Positions 12,696 through 22,095 of a DNA stretch of 64,000 bases are shown here, one piece after another (the first letter of the stretch is position 1; every line of letters begins with the position of its first letter). The notes beneath the pieces are model-generated. The model did not search any database and was not told the DNA's origin. It saw nothing but the letters and a program-made list of their open reading frames with translations. The DNA is taken from the NCBI GenBank assembly GCA_965208575.1, contig CBDBOV010000006.1, positions 461,984-525,983 of the forward strand, given 5' to 3'. The translations under genes were made by a program, and so were the position numbers. This stretch comes from Spirochaetia bacterium (GTDB lineage: Bacteria > Spirochaetota > Spirochaetia > SZUA-6 > Bin103).

Positions 12696-13844
12696 ATGGC
12701 AACGAAGATCGAGCAGGTCGAATCGATTCGGATTGGTGGCACATACCTGGTGCGAATCCGGACCGAATCCGGGTTGACCGGGCTGGGGCAGACCGCGTGC
12801 TGGGGCTATCCGGAGGCGGTGCAGCAGATCGTGGAGCGGTTCGGATCATACCTGGTGGGGCAGGATCCGTTCCGTATCGAGCACCATTGGCAGGCGAACT
12901 ACCGTACCGGGCCGTTCCGGGGCTCCGCGCTGTCGGGGGCGGTCAGCGCGGTGGATATCGCCCTCTGGGATATCAAGGGCAAGCACTTCGGGGCACCGGT
13001 CTGGGAATTGATGGGAGGCAAGTGCCGGGAACGAATCCGGCTGTTTCTGCTGATGGAAGGGGCCGAGACCCCGGACCAGATCGCCACCCAGGCGCGGGCC
13101 GCCGCCGAGGAGGGATTCACGGCGCTGAAGTTCGATCCACTCCCCGCCGGGTATCAGAACATGTCCCACGCGCGGCAGATCTCATCGGTGTGCGACCTGG
13201 TGGCCGCGGCCCGGGAGGCGGTGGGTGACGATGTCGACCTGATCGTCGAAATACACCGCAAGCTCACGCCGCTGGTCGCGGTGCCATTGGCCGACGCCCT
13301 GGCGGAATTCCGCCCGCTGTTCTACGAGGATCCGATCCAGATCGACAGCATCGTATCGCAGGCGGAGGTCGCGCGCCGCATCTCCATTCCGGTGGCGAAC
13401 GGCGAACGACTGCACTCGATCTGGGAGTTTCGGGAGCTTCTTGCGTGCGGCGGCCCGCAGTACGTGCGCCCGGACGTGGGCCTGGCGGGCGGCTTGACCC
13501 ATTGCAAGAAGATCGCCGCCATCGCGGAGTCGTACCACTGCGCCGTGGTGACTCACAACTTCCTCGGACCGGTGCTGACCGCAGCCTCGGTCCACCTGGA
13601 TACGTGCATTCCCAACTTCGTTACCCAGGAGTACTCCAGGTATGACGAATCGCCGGAGAGTGCCGTGTACCGGACCGCTCTCAAGCGGGACGGCGGCTTT
13701 CTCCCGGTGCCCGAGATGCCCGGCCTGGGAATCGAACTGGACGATGCAGCGTTGGCGCAGGCACAGCAGGAGTCCGTCGGAGCGGTGCGCCTCTCTCAAC
13801 AACCGCTACTGCGCAGCGACGGTTCGGTTGCCTCCAGCGTATAG
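12696..13844 (+). CDS. Enolase-superfamily enzyme (mandelate racemase/muconate lactonizing family; sugar-acid dehydratase-like)
   Basis: ORF 12696..13844 with SAVDIALWDIKGKHFGAPVWELMGG, DLIVEIH, FYEDP and ANGERL, matching the metal-ligand pattern of the family. Confidence 0.85.
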   Translation: MATKIEQVESIRIGGTYLVRIRTESGLTGLGQTACWGYPEAVQQIVERFGSYLVGQDPFRIEHHWQANYRTGPFRGSALSGAVSAVDIALWDIKGKHFGAPVWELMGGKCRERIRLFLLMEGAETPDQIATQARAAAEEGFTALKFDPLPAGYQNMSHARQISSVCDLVAAAREAVGDDVDLIVEIHRKLTPLVAVPLADALAEFRPLFYEDPIQIDSIVSQAEVARRISIPVANGERLHSIWEFRELLACGGPQYVRPDVGLAGGLTHCKKIAAIAESYHCAVVTHNFLGPVLTAASVHLDTCIPNFVTQEYSRYDESPESAVYRTALKRDGGFLPVPEMPGLGIELDDAALAQAQQESVGAVRLSQQPLLRSDGSVASSV

Positions 13845-13863
13845 CGAGTAGCAGCGCTCGCCG

Positions 13864-14238
13864 CTACGGCGTGCCGTGCAGCACTTCGATCAGCAGGTTG
13901 TCCGGACCGGAGACGAACACGACATCCATGTTCTTCATCTTGCGCGGGCCATCCACGATGTTGGCGCCGCGTTCCCGCAGTTGCGCCACGGTCCCTTCGA
14001 AGTCGTCGGTGGCCATCGCGAAGTGATGGATCGCCGCATCGTTCGGGTTCGGTCCGTCCGTGGTCGGCGCGCGGTGAAAGATGTTGATGTGGCTTCCGGC
14101 CAGGTGCATGCGGGTGATGACCACCGCCCCGAAGTCGATGACCCACTCGTCGGTGGCGTCGAACGTCTTGGCCAGGAACGCCTTGGTCGCGTCCGGGTCG
14201 CTGCTCTGGATGTGGATGTGATCAAGGGAAAGCTTCAT
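13864..14238 (-). CDS. VOC-family (glyoxalase/bleomycin-resistance/dioxygenase fold) protein
   Basis: Internal ATG 14238 of ORF 13864..14280. MKLSLDHIHIQSSDPDATKAFL...HHFAMATDDFEGTVAQLRERGANI. Confidence 0.75.
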   Translation of the reverse strand: MKLSLDHIHIQSSDPDATKAFLAKTFDATDEWVIDFGAVVITRMHLAGSHINIFHRAPTTDGPNPNDAAIHHFAMATDDFEGTVAQLRERGANIVDGPRKMKNMDVVFVSGPDNLLIEVLHGTP

Positions 14239-14314
14239 TGCCCCTACGATGCACCACAACACGCGGCCATGCCCACCCATCCTCCAAGGACCATCCCCCG
14301 CCGCTGCCTGCCTG

Positions 14315-14343
14315 TTGACCAGGAGTTATACCTTGGTTATACT
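14315..14343 (+). promoter_or_regulatory. Putative promoter/operator of the MazEF-type operon (apparently leaderless)
   Basis: TTGACC 14315..14320, 17-nt spacer, TATACT 14338..14343, and ATG at 14351 with no SD. Direct repeat GTTATAC at 14325..14331 and 14336..14342. Confidence 0.45.
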
Positions 14344-14350
14344 CGGCTTC

Positions 14351-14599
14351 ATGAAAACGGCCGTATCGCTGCCGGAACACCTGTTCAGAAAGGCAGATGA
14401 GGTAGCCGGGGAATTGGGGATTCCGCGCAGTCGGCTGTTCGCCATCGCGCTTGAGCAGTTCCTCGTCAACCACCGCCAGCAGGCAGTGACCGAACGCCTC
14501 GACGCCGTGTACAGCGATCTACCAGACCGGCAGTCGCAGGACGCCATGGATGCGGGGCTGGAGAGTCTTCGGAACCTGACTCGCGATGACTCGTGGTGA
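14351..14599 (+). CDS. Ribbon-helix-helix type antitoxin
   Basis: Internal ATG 14351 of ORF 14249..14599. MKTAVSLPEHLFRKADEVAGELGIPRSRLFAIALEQFL. Overlaps the toxin gene by 14 nt. Confidence 0.75.
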   Translation: MKTAVSLPEHLFRKADEVAGELGIPRSRLFAIALEQFLVNHRQQAVTERLDAVYSDLPDRQSQDAMDAGLESLRNLTRDDSW

Positions 14600-14924
14600 G
14601 ATCTGGTGGGCGGATCTCGGCGTCCCTTTCGGCAGCGAACCGGGCTTTCGGCGTCCGGTCCTGATCGTTCAGGCCGACAGTTTCAATCGCAGCCGAATCG
14701 GTTCCGTGCTGTGCGTGCCGTTCACCACCAATCCGAGGCTGGCTGACGCGCCCGGCAACGTGTATCTGGATGCGGCCGAGTCGCTGTTGCCCAGAGACTC
14801 CGTGGTCGTCGTGTCCCAATTGACCTGCATCCATCGCGCGCGACTGGTGGAACGGGCGGGAACACTGGGGCCACAGAACTTCGCCGACGTGGAGGCTGGG
14901 CTCCGGCTCGTGCTCGCGCTCTAA
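14586..14924 (+). CDS. mazF: MazF/PemK-family type II toxin endoribonuclease
   Basis: MTRGEIWWADLGVPFGSEPGFRRPVLIVQADSFN...VVVSQLTCIHRARL is a typical PemK/MazF pattern. Confidence 0.9.
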   Translation: MTRGEIWWADLGVPFGSEPGFRRPVLIVQADSFNRSRIGSVLCVPFTTNPRLADAPGNVYLDAAESLLPRDSVVVVSQLTCIHRARLVERAGTLGPQNFADVEAGLRLVLAL

Positions 14925-15202
14925 AGATCTGCCGAGGTGGGCGGCCTACACCTGCTCGGCGACGCGCGCGTCGGTGCGCAGACCGAGGTCCCGTCGCTCG
15001 AGTCCACACCCCGAGAGCACGCGCACTGCTCCGCATTTTGCTCGATGAACACCTCGACTGCGGTCTGGCACGCTCTTTCGACGATGCACACGAAGTTCGT
15101 TCCGTCCGTGGGATGGGTTGGTCGGGGATGCGCGGGCGACCGATACGAACGCCGCTGAGGACGATTGGATATGCGCCGGAGAACTGCCCTGGCGTGGCCG
15201 GG

Positions 15203-16201
15203 CTACGAGCCGCAGCGATCCATGCGCGCAAGGAACTCGGCAGTCGTGGCGCAGTCCACGATCCACTCCCCGGTCTCGGCGAGACGATCCGCGTCCGTCA
15301 CTTCAGCAAGCACCGTCGCCAGCCGCTCCGCCGCCGCCGGGCCGAAGCGCCGCTCCGCCAAGCGGCGCAACAACGCCTTCTCCCGCTCAATGCCCCGCTC
15401 GATGCCCTGCTCGATGCCCTGCTCGATGCCCTGCTCCAGGATTTCCGCTCCCCAGCGATCAATCTTTTCCGCCAACACTGCACTTGCCTCCTCGTACTCG
15501 CGGATCGATGGCAACTCCACGCCCCACTTCCGCCCCAGGGCGCCGAGCCACAGGTCAAAGGTCCTCGTCAGCCCCGGCTCGCCTACCTCGGCGAGCCATT
15601 CACCCAACTCCCGCACCCGCTCCGGCAGAGCCCCGACCTGCACGCTCTGCTCCACTTCCGCCACCCACCGTAGCAGGTTCGTCCGTGGCAGATCATCCCC
15701 TCTCACCGCCGCCAGATCAAGCACCTCGTAGCTCAGCGCCAGATGCGCGGCACCGTCTTCCTCCGTCCTTGCCACCAGCCCGGCGAACGTCACCGGCGCG
15801 TCCCACCGTCTATCACCATTGTACACGACCACGTGCAACACCGGGTCGGCCGTGTCGCTCTTGCTCCACCTGGGGCGGTCGTGGTACAGCCGCTGGTACA
15901 GCAGGCTCGTGTAGTTCAGGAACCGCAGCGGCATCGAGTAGTCCACGCTCGACTGATGCTCGATCACCACGTGCAGCGTCTGCACGCCGCCGCGTCCGTC
16001 GCGCCGGTCGATCGACCACACCACGTCACCAAGCCGCCGTCGCAACTCGTCGGTGACGTTCTCGGTGGGGCCTTCGCGCAGGGTGTCGAAGTCGAACGCG
16101 CCGGCCCATCCCGACGGCCGCTGCGGGGCGATGAACCCGATGAGCAAGTCCTTGACGATGCGTTGGTGTGTGAGCAGGGGTTTGTACGCGGGGTCGTCCA
16201 T
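15203..16201 (-). CDS. Rpn/YhgA-like PD-(D/E)XK recombination-promoting nuclease / putative transposase (copy R1, intact)
   Basis: ATG 16201 (MDDPAYKPLLTHQRIVKDLL). Core GDVVWSI...LHVVIEHQSSVDYSMPLRFLNY resembles the YhgA LIEHQS motif. The C-terminal DUF4351-like segment reads ALLRRLAERRFGP. Confidence 0.85.
   Translation of the reverse strand: MDDPAYKPLLTHQRIVKDLLIGFIAPQRPSGWAGAFDFDTLREGPTENVTDELRRRLGDVVWSIDRRDGRGGVQTLHVVIEHQSSVDYSMPLRFLNYTSLLYQRLYHDRPRWSKSDTADPVLHVVVYNGDRRWDAPVTFAGLVARTEEDGAAHLALSYEVLDLAAVRGDDLPRTNLLRWVAEVEQSVQVGALPERVRELGEWLAEVGEPGLTRTFDLWLGALGRKWGVELPSIREYEEASAVLAEKIDRWGAEILEQGIEQGIEQGIERGIEREKALLRRLAERRFGPAAAERLATVLAEVTDADRLAETGEWIVDCATTAEFLARMDRCGS
15383..15436. repeat. 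12-bp in-frame tandem repeat in R1, about 4.5 units, encoding EQGI/ERGI
   Basis: Plus strand shows ccgctcaatgcc ccgctcgatgcc ctgctcgatgcc ctgctcgatgcc. The protein reads EQGIEQGIEQGIERGIERE. Confidence 0.9.
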
Positions 16202-16402
16202 GATTCTCTGCCGGTGGCCGCGCCATCGCAACGACGCGGCGCCATTCGGCGGGGGATTCTAACCTGACCACTTGCGGGGCGGTAGCGCCTCGCGTGAGGT
16301 GCGTGAGGTGATGGTTGTCGGGGCGTTGACGATGGCGAACGCGACCGTATCCGCGCAGACAGGGCAGCCTGATTGTCGGAAAACACATTCGTGAGCCAAG
16401 TG

Positions 16403-16416
16403 TCCGGCGGGCCGGA
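16403..16416 (-). terminator. Conserved short hairpin downstream of the permease tail (TCCGGC-GG-GCCGGA)
   Basis: 6-bp stem. The same motif occurs at 36366..36379 and 40068..40081, with a degenerate copy at 46527..46540. A weak T-rich tract lies ~20 nt downstream, so terminator function is uncertain. Confidence 0.3.
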
Positions 16417-16417
16417 T

Positions 16418-16500
16418 TCAGTGCGATCGTTCCAGCTTCTGCAGGGCCCGGGTGGCGCGCTCGGCGCGGGCGCCTACGCCGCCGGCCACCCCGCCGCACG
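16418..16500 (-). pseudogene. Orphan 3' tail of a DppC-like permease (...GGVAGGVGARAERATRALQKLERSH*)
   Basis: Lies just after the stop codon of the unrelated full-length permC1. Matches the 3' ends of permC2/permC6-type genes. Confidence 0.7.
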
Positions 16501-16505
16501 CTCGC

Positions 16506-17402
16506 TCAAACCGACGTGGCGCCGCTGCCAGCGAGACGACCGCCGCCGCCTCGCAGCCGCGGGTCGAGCAGGTCCCGCATGGCATCACCCAGCATGTTGA
16601 AACTGTACACCACGATCGTCAGGCACACCCCGGGCCATAGCGCCAGCCAGGGGGCCTGCTCCATGTACCTGCTCCCTTCATTGCTGAGCATCCCTCCCCA
16701 ACTGGGGACATCGATGGGCAACCCGAATCCGAGGAAGCTCAACGCCGCCTCGGCCAGGATGACGCCGCCGACGTTGATGCTGAAGACGATGATGAGGGGC
16801 GCCACGATATTGGGCAGGACATGGCGCACCAGAATCTGCGTGGTGGGCGCGCCCACGGCCTTGGCTGCCAGGAAGTAGTCGTTGCCCTTGGTGGCCACCA
16901 CGGCGCCTCTGACGACGCGCGAGCCGCCCACGCCGCCGGTGATCCCCAGGACCACGATGATCTGTGGCAGACCCTGCCCCACGACCGACATGATCGTGAG
17001 CAATAGCAGCAGTCCCGGGAACGCCATCCAGGCATCGACCAATCGTTGCACCGCCAGGTCCAGCTTACCGCCGAGGAATCCGGACGTGCCGCCGATCAGG
17101 GTAGCGACCACCACGTTCAGCGTGGTCGCCGCCAGACCAACGACCAACGAGATGCGCGCCCCGAACAGCAGACGGCTCAACAGGTCTCGCCCCAACTGGT
17201 CGGTCCCCAGCAGATGTCGCGTCGATGAGCCCTGCAGCCTTTCTGCCAGGCTCAGTTGATCGAAGGGATAAGGGGCCAAAACATCGGCAAAGATTGCCAG
17301 CAGAATCAGGATCAAGATGACGATTCCGCTGGCGATGCCCAGCGGCTTCTCCCGCCACAACCTGCCAAAGAAATCGGCAAACAGGCGCCGCGTGTCATTC
17401 AT
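16506..17402 (-). CDS. ABC transporter permease, DppC/OppC-like (cassette 1)
   Basis: ORF 16506..17429, with ATG 17402 preferred over TTG 17429. HLLGTDQLGRDLLSRLLFGARISL and a conserved EAA-loop region. Confidence 0.85.
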   Translation of the reverse strand: MNDTRRLFADFFGRLWREKPLGIASGIVILILILLAIFADVLAPYPFDQLSLAERLQGSSTRHLLGTDQLGRDLLSRLLFGARISLVVGLAATTLNVVVATLIGGTSGFLGGKLDLAVQRLVDAWMAFPGLLLLLTIMSVVGQGLPQIIVVLGITGGVGGSRVVRGAVVATKGNDYFLAAKAVGAPTTQILVRHVLPNIVAPLIIVFSINVGGVILAEAALSFLGFGLPIDVPSWGGMLSNEGSRYMEQAPWLALWPGVCLTIVVYSFNMLGDAMRDLLDPRLRGGGGRLAGSGATSV

Positions 17403-17435
17403 AGGTAGCGCACTCCGGGGTGCAGCCAAAGAGCC

Positions 17436-18434
17436 TCACTCATAGCGCACTCTCGGGTCCAGATAGGAATAGAGCAGGTCGACCAGGAGATTGAACAGCA
17501 CCACCGCGGTGGCGAAGAACAGGTTGACCCCGGACACCACCGGGTAGTCTCTGTCTTCCAGTGCAGTCAGCATGAGACGACCCAATCCCGGCAGGTTGAA
17601 GATGTTCTCCATGATGACGGAGCCACCTATCAGGATCGGCAACTGCAGACCGATCAGGGACACCACCGGGATGAGTGCGTTCTTGACGGCGTGCCGCATG
17701 ACGACCACCCGCTCTCTGAGACCCTTCGCCCAGGCGGTCCGGACGTAGTCCTGCCGCAGCACCTCCAGCATCATGGTGCGTGTCATCCGCATGGTGCTGG
17801 CAGACAGCGCCGTCGCCAGAATCAGGCTGGGAATGACCAGGATCCCCAGGTGGGCCCACGGGTCTCCGGTGAAAGGAACCCACTCGATCGGTGGCGTCCA
17901 GCGCCACCAGAGGGACGGGTAGAGCACGACCATGATTGCGAGCCAGAAGTTGGGCGTTGCCAGGCCGAGGATGGCGGCGGAGCGCCCCACGTAGTCGGCG
18001 GCCGTATCCTGGCGAATCGCCGAGTAGATGCCGACCGGCAGCGCGATCACCAGCCCGATGAGGATTGCCATGACACCCAGCTCAATGGTTACCGGCAGTC
18101 TAGCCAATATCTGTTCCTCTACCGGCAAAGCGCCCAACAGTGACTCACCAAGGGCGCCCTGCAGGATACCTCTAAAGTGGGACTCACCGGTACTAGCGTC
18201 GGGGATCGGCAACACGCCTAGCCAGCGTCCATACTGCACATGCACCGGCACGTCCAATCCCAGCATACGCTCAAGAGCTGCACGGTCTATCCTGTTAGAC
18301 ACGAACTCCTGCTTGCCCATCATTGCGTCTATTATATCGCCCGGGATGAAGCGGACTGAGAGAAAGACCATGATCGTCAATAGAAACAGGGTGGGGATTA
18401 TGAGCAGTAGCCTTCTGATGATATAGGCTCTCAT
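17436..18434 (-). CDS. ABC transporter permease, DppB/OppB-like (cassette 1)
   Basis: ORF 17436..18443, second ATG 18434. MRAYIIRRLLLIIPTLFLLTIMVF...MLEVLRQDYVRTAWAKGL. Confidence 0.85.
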   Translation of the reverse strand: MRAYIIRRLLLIIPTLFLLTIMVFLSVRFIPGDIIDAMMGKQEFVSNRIDRAALERMLGLDVPVHVQYGRWLGVLPIPDASTGESHFRGILQGALGESLLGALPVEEQILARLPVTIELGVMAILIGLVIALPVGIYSAIRQDTAADYVGRSAAILGLATPNFWLAIMVVLYPSLWWRWTPPIEWVPFTGDPWAHLGILVIPSLILATALSASTMRMTRTMMLEVLRQDYVRTAWAKGLRERVVVMRHAVKNALIPVVSLIGLQLPILIGGSVIMENIFNLPGLGRLMLTALEDRDYPVVSGVNLFFATAVVLFNLLVDLLYSYLDPRVRYE

Positions 18435-18634
18435 CCGATACACCCCATTGCCAGTTACCCCGTCGCCGCGAGCCGCGATTTATCGGGACATGGGGCGCGC
18501 GGCGCGAGGCGTGGGGTGTGACAAATCGAGGCCGCTCCTCGCAATGGGATGGTTATGGGAGCCGGGAGGCTGTCGCCTGCAGGCGCGCCTCCCAACTCCC
18601 GATTTCACAAAGTCAGTCACAAGGGGTCAACCCC

Positions 18635-20431
18635 TTAGTTACCCATTGCCTCCTTCAGCTCGTGGTCAAGCCAGAAGCGGGCGTACTGGACATAGAACTC
18701 CCCGCCCCCAAAGGCGCCTGAGTCCATTTCGCCGTTATAGCCTATGAGCCACGGCTGAGCAAAATAGAATTGTGGACCTCTAGGACCCCATATGCGGTAG
18801 TGCTTCTCTACCGCGTACATATCTGCTTCTGCAATCAGCCTCTTCTGCTCCTCGATGGTCTTAGCGGCCAGGGCGGCGTCGACCATGGCATCGAGCTCAT
18901 GAAACTGGTGTCCGCTCTTGTTAAGGGTCGGATGATCCGTGCGCAACCAGTCTACCATATCCTTGGGGTCGAACCTGGCGCCCGCAATGGCGGCGGTGAT
19001 GCCTTCAAACTCACCCGAGGCTATCCTCTCGTTAAATGCGCTCCAAGCCAGATTATCAACCTCGACCTCGACGCCAATCTCAGCCCAGTAGGCGGCAGCT
19101 ATTTGTGCATGGTCCAAACTTGCCCCAAAAGGCCCGTAATTCAGGATGGTCTTGAATCTAATACCGTCTGCGTCGCGCGGATATCCCGCCTCATCAAGGA
19201 GCTTCTCGGCAGCTTCCGGGTCATACCGGTACCATTGCTTGACCTCGGCGGGCCACTCATCAAATGGGATGTAATACCCCTTATTCCCTATCAACCCGAA
19301 CGGTGTCGGATCGGCTCGACCCGACCAGAGCGTAGCCGCCGAAGTCTCGTTGTCGAGTGCCAACTGCATTGCGTGGCGCACGTTGATGTCGTCAAAGGGC
19401 GGCTTACGAATGTCAAGTTCAAAAGAATCATTCGACCTGAAGTAGAAAAAGTACGTCTTGATTTCCGGGTTGGTCCGCTGTAGGCTCAGTACCGCGTCCA
19501 AGTCAGTTTCCTGCCGCTGGTAATCAAGCTTGCCGGCGCGTAGTGCTGCAAAAATTGATGCTAACTCTGGAATGACCAAAACCTTTAACTCGTCAACGTA
19601 GGGCAAGCGGTTTTTTGGGAATTTTTCGTCATGGCCCCAGTAGTCAGGGTTCTTGACCCAGGTGATAGAGGTGCCCGCGACCCGGTCAACCATCATAAAG
19701 GGCCCCGTGCCGACCAGGTTCCTCCAGTCCTTGACGTCGCCGTGTTGCTCGATTACCTCGGGGGGCAATATGAAAAAAGCGGGATCGACGAGCATACTCG
19801 TCAGCGCAGGGAGCCACGGCTCCTTCAGCTTTATCACGACCGTCGCATCGTCGGTGGCCGTTATCGATTCCCATGGGACGTTTTTGGCTGGGAAAGGCAT
19901 TTCGGTCGGTCCGGCCTCGCTGAACTCGCCCAGACCCAACACCCGGTTGTAGTTGTATGCGACATCAGCGGCAGTTAGCTCCCGACCGTTCATCGGTGCC
20001 TTATTATGCCAGTGAACGCCCGGGCGGATGTGGAAGGTATAGGTGCGCCCGTCCGCGGAAATATCCCAGCTTTCCGCCAGCCTCCCGATTATGAATTCTT
20101 CAGGGAGGAATTGGCTTTTGAAGTCAAATACGTCCCTATCTATCCCCCAGTCCCCGATGCCGAGCTTCTCCACAACGCCTGAGATGACGTTGTTCCCCCA
20201 GTTGAAATAGGTGTCAGTAGACCATTCAGTACCAGACGTCCAGGGCTGGCTGGTGGTGATTGTCCCGCCGTACCGCGGTGCCAACACCACCTCGCCGGTG
20301 GTGGGGTCGGTCACATACCGCTTCTCGGCGGCGGCTCCCGGCTCCTCCTCCGCGCCAGTGGCCCAGAGGCCGGATGCGGTCAAAACCAGGACCAGCGCAA
20401 CCGAGAAGGTCTTTGCAATGAACATCTTCAT
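18635..20431 (-). CDS. ABC transporter substrate-binding protein, family 5 (DppA/OppA/NikA-like), cassette 1
   Basis: Internal ATG 20431 of ORF 18635..20569. Signal peptide MKMFIAKTFSVALVLVLTASGLWA, then a family-5 pattern (HWHNKAPMNGRELTAADVAYNYNR). Confidence 0.85.
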   Translation of the reverse strand: MKMFIAKTFSVALVLVLTASGLWATGAEEEPGAAAEKRYVTDPTTGEVVLAPRYGGTITTSQPWTSGTEWSTDTYFNWGNNVISGVVEKLGIGDWGIDRDVFDFKSQFLPEEFIIGRLAESWDISADGRTYTFHIRPGVHWHNKAPMNGRELTAADVAYNYNRVLGLGEFSEAGPTEMPFPAKNVPWESITATDDATVVIKLKEPWLPALTSMLVDPAFFILPPEVIEQHGDVKDWRNLVGTGPFMMVDRVAGTSITWVKNPDYWGHDEKFPKNRLPYVDELKVLVIPELASIFAALRAGKLDYQRQETDLDAVLSLQRTNPEIKTYFFYFRSNDSFELDIRKPPFDDINVRHAMQLALDNETSAATLWSGRADPTPFGLIGNKGYYIPFDEWPAEVKQWYRYDPEAAEKLLDEAGYPRDADGIRFKTILNYGPFGASLDHAQIAAAYWAEIGVEVEVDNLAWSAFNERIASGEFEGITAAIAGARFDPKDMVDWLRTDHPTLNKSGHQFHELDAMVDAALAAKTIEEQKRLIAEADMYAVEKHYRIWGPRGPQFYFAQPWLIGYNGEMDSGAFGGGEFYVQYARFWLDHELKEAMGN

Positions 20432-20575
20432 TGTTTCTCCATTCAAAGTGATTTTTGAGAGTATTGCGTAGCGGATTACCGCTCCCTGGCTACTCTCGGG
20501 CACGCAACGCGGACGGCCAGTCTGAGTCAGATTCACTAAGCGCGCGGCGTGTGACTCATCCGGGTGCACCCCGGC

Positions 20576-20980
20576 TCACGCCGCGCGCGCGTGCGGTTCT
20601 TTGAGTATCATTCGAACCTTCTTCTTCTCTAGATCTGCGTCGGGATCTGCGTTACAACGCCACGCGTGGCGGTGGTCGGAGCAGCAGTGAGTCTGAGTGG
20701 CCGCCAACGCAGGCGGAGGGTTTTGCGCGCAGTTAGTCGCAGGCGGGGATCCGGCACCGCCTGAGTCGACGGGATGGGTGCGGGCGGTCTGGCGATCGAC
20801 CGAGCCGGCGCCACCGACAGCTACGGCGGCGGTGAAGGCGACGGCGTGCGCGGGGGCGCGTGCGCGGCGGTCAGCCGGAGCGGTCAGTTGTTTCTCGGTT
20901 CGAAAAAGTGGGGGCGCGGGCGTAGCAGGATGCACTGGCTGCGTCACAACTAAACCGGTCTCTGCGCTACCTGTCATCAT
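20576..20980 (-). CDS. Hypothetical small protein with a Tat-like RR motif and a Cys/His-rich C-terminus (weak call)
   Basis: ORF only: ADRRARAPAHAVAFTAAVAVGGAGS, then THCCSDHRHAWRCN. No recognisable family. Could be a chance ORF in GC-rich DNA. Confidence 0.2.
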   Translation of the reverse strand: MMTGSAETGLVVTQPVHPATPAPPLFRTEKQLTAPADRRARAPAHAVAFTAAVAVGGAGSVDRQTARTHPVDSGGAGSPPATNCAQNPPPALAATQTHCCSDHRHAWRCNADPDADLEKKKVRMILKEPHARAA

Positions 20981-21099
20981 GGCGCTTCATCGGCATCCGT
21001 CGAACCCCAGGCGAGACACGATAGAATAGGCGCGGCGCCCCTGTCAACGACTCGGCGGTCACCGAAAGGAAGGATGGTAGGACACGGTCTGATGATGGA

Positions 21100-22083
21100 C
21101 TACGGGCTATCCTTGCGTTCCAGCTTCTGCAGGGCACGGGTGGCGCGCTCGGCGGCGCGGGCGCCTACGCCGCCGGCCACCCCGCGGCCGCCGCGCAGGC
21201 GCGGGTCGAGCAGGTCGCGCAGCGCGTCGCCCACCATGTTCAGGCAGTACACCACCAGCGTCAGCGCCACCCCCGGCCACATCGCCAGCCGCGGCGCCAT
21301 CTCCATGTACTGGCGCCCCTCACGGCTCAGCATCGTGCCCCAGCTCGGCACGTCCGGCGGCAGCCCGAAGCCCAGAAAGCTCAAGGACGCCTCCGCGATG
21401 ATCGCCCAGCCGATGGTGATCGAGTAGATGATGATGATCGGCGCCGTGATGTTGGGCCACACGTGGCGCAGCAGCGTCCGCCACGACGGGCTGCCGATCG
21501 CATGCGCCGCCTCGAAGTAGGCGTTGCCCTTGATCCCGATCACCGCACCCCGCACCACCCGCGAGTTGGCCACCCCGGACGCCAGCGCCAGCATGCCGAT
21601 GATCTGCGGGATGCCCTGGCCGACGATGGTCATGATGGTCAGCAGCAGCAGCAGGCCCGGAAACGACATCCAGGCGTCCACCAGCCGCTGCACCGCCAGG
21701 TCGACCTTGCCGCCCACGAACCCCGCCACCCCGCCGATCAGCAGCGACACCACCACGCTCAGGGTGGTGGCGGCGAACCCCACCCCCAGCGACACCCGCG
21801 CCCCGTACAACAGGCGGCTGAACAGGTCGCGGCCGATGTGGTCGGTGCCCAGCGGGTAGGTGCCGGACGGCCCCTTGAGCCGGTCGATCATGGTCATTTC
21901 CATGAAGTGATACGGCGCCAGCAGGTCGGCGAAGATCGCCACCAGGCACAGCAGCAGCACGACCGCACCGCTGACCGCGCCCACCGGCCGCTCCCTGATC
22001 AGCCGGCGCAGCAGGTCGCGCAGGAACGACTGCCCCTTCACTCCTTTGGCCGGTAGCGCTTGCGGCACGGTCACCTCACCCAT
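21100..22083 (-). CDS. ABC transporter permease, DppC/OppC-like (cassette 2)
   Basis: 327-aa ORF. YPLGTDHIGRDLFSRLLYGARVSL. Ends ...RALQKLERKDSP. Confidence 0.85.
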   Translation of the reverse strand: MGEVTVPQALPAKGVKGQSFLRDLLRRLIRERPVGAVSGAVVLLLCLVAIFADLLAPYHFMEMTMIDRLKGPSGTYPLGTDHIGRDLFSRLLYGARVSLGVGFAATTLSVVVSLLIGGVAGFVGGKVDLAVQRLVDAWMSFPGLLLLLTIMTIVGQGIPQIIGMLALASGVANSRVVRGAVIGIKGNAYFEAAHAIGSPSWRTLLRHVWPNITAPIIIIYSITIGWAIIAEASLSFLGFGLPPDVPSWGTMLSREGRQYMEMAPRLAMWPGVALTLVVYCLNMVGDALRDLLDPRLRGGRGVAGGVGARAAERATRALQKLERKDSP

Positions 22084-22095
22084 AGCGACACCCCG

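Noticed and set aside
14925-15202. Possible gene fragment between mazF and Rpn copy R1 (minus-strand frame DGTNFVCIVERACQTAVEVFIEQNAEQ...).
   Set aside because: No start or stop structure and no recognisable family. Part of it is simply the conserved Rpn 3' flank.
16230-16300. A promoter for the Rpn genes (TAGAAT at about 16255 on the minus strand, or TTGCGA-17-GAGAAT just before the ATG).
   Set aside because: The first lacks a credible -35 box. The second would place the transcription start downstream of the start codon.
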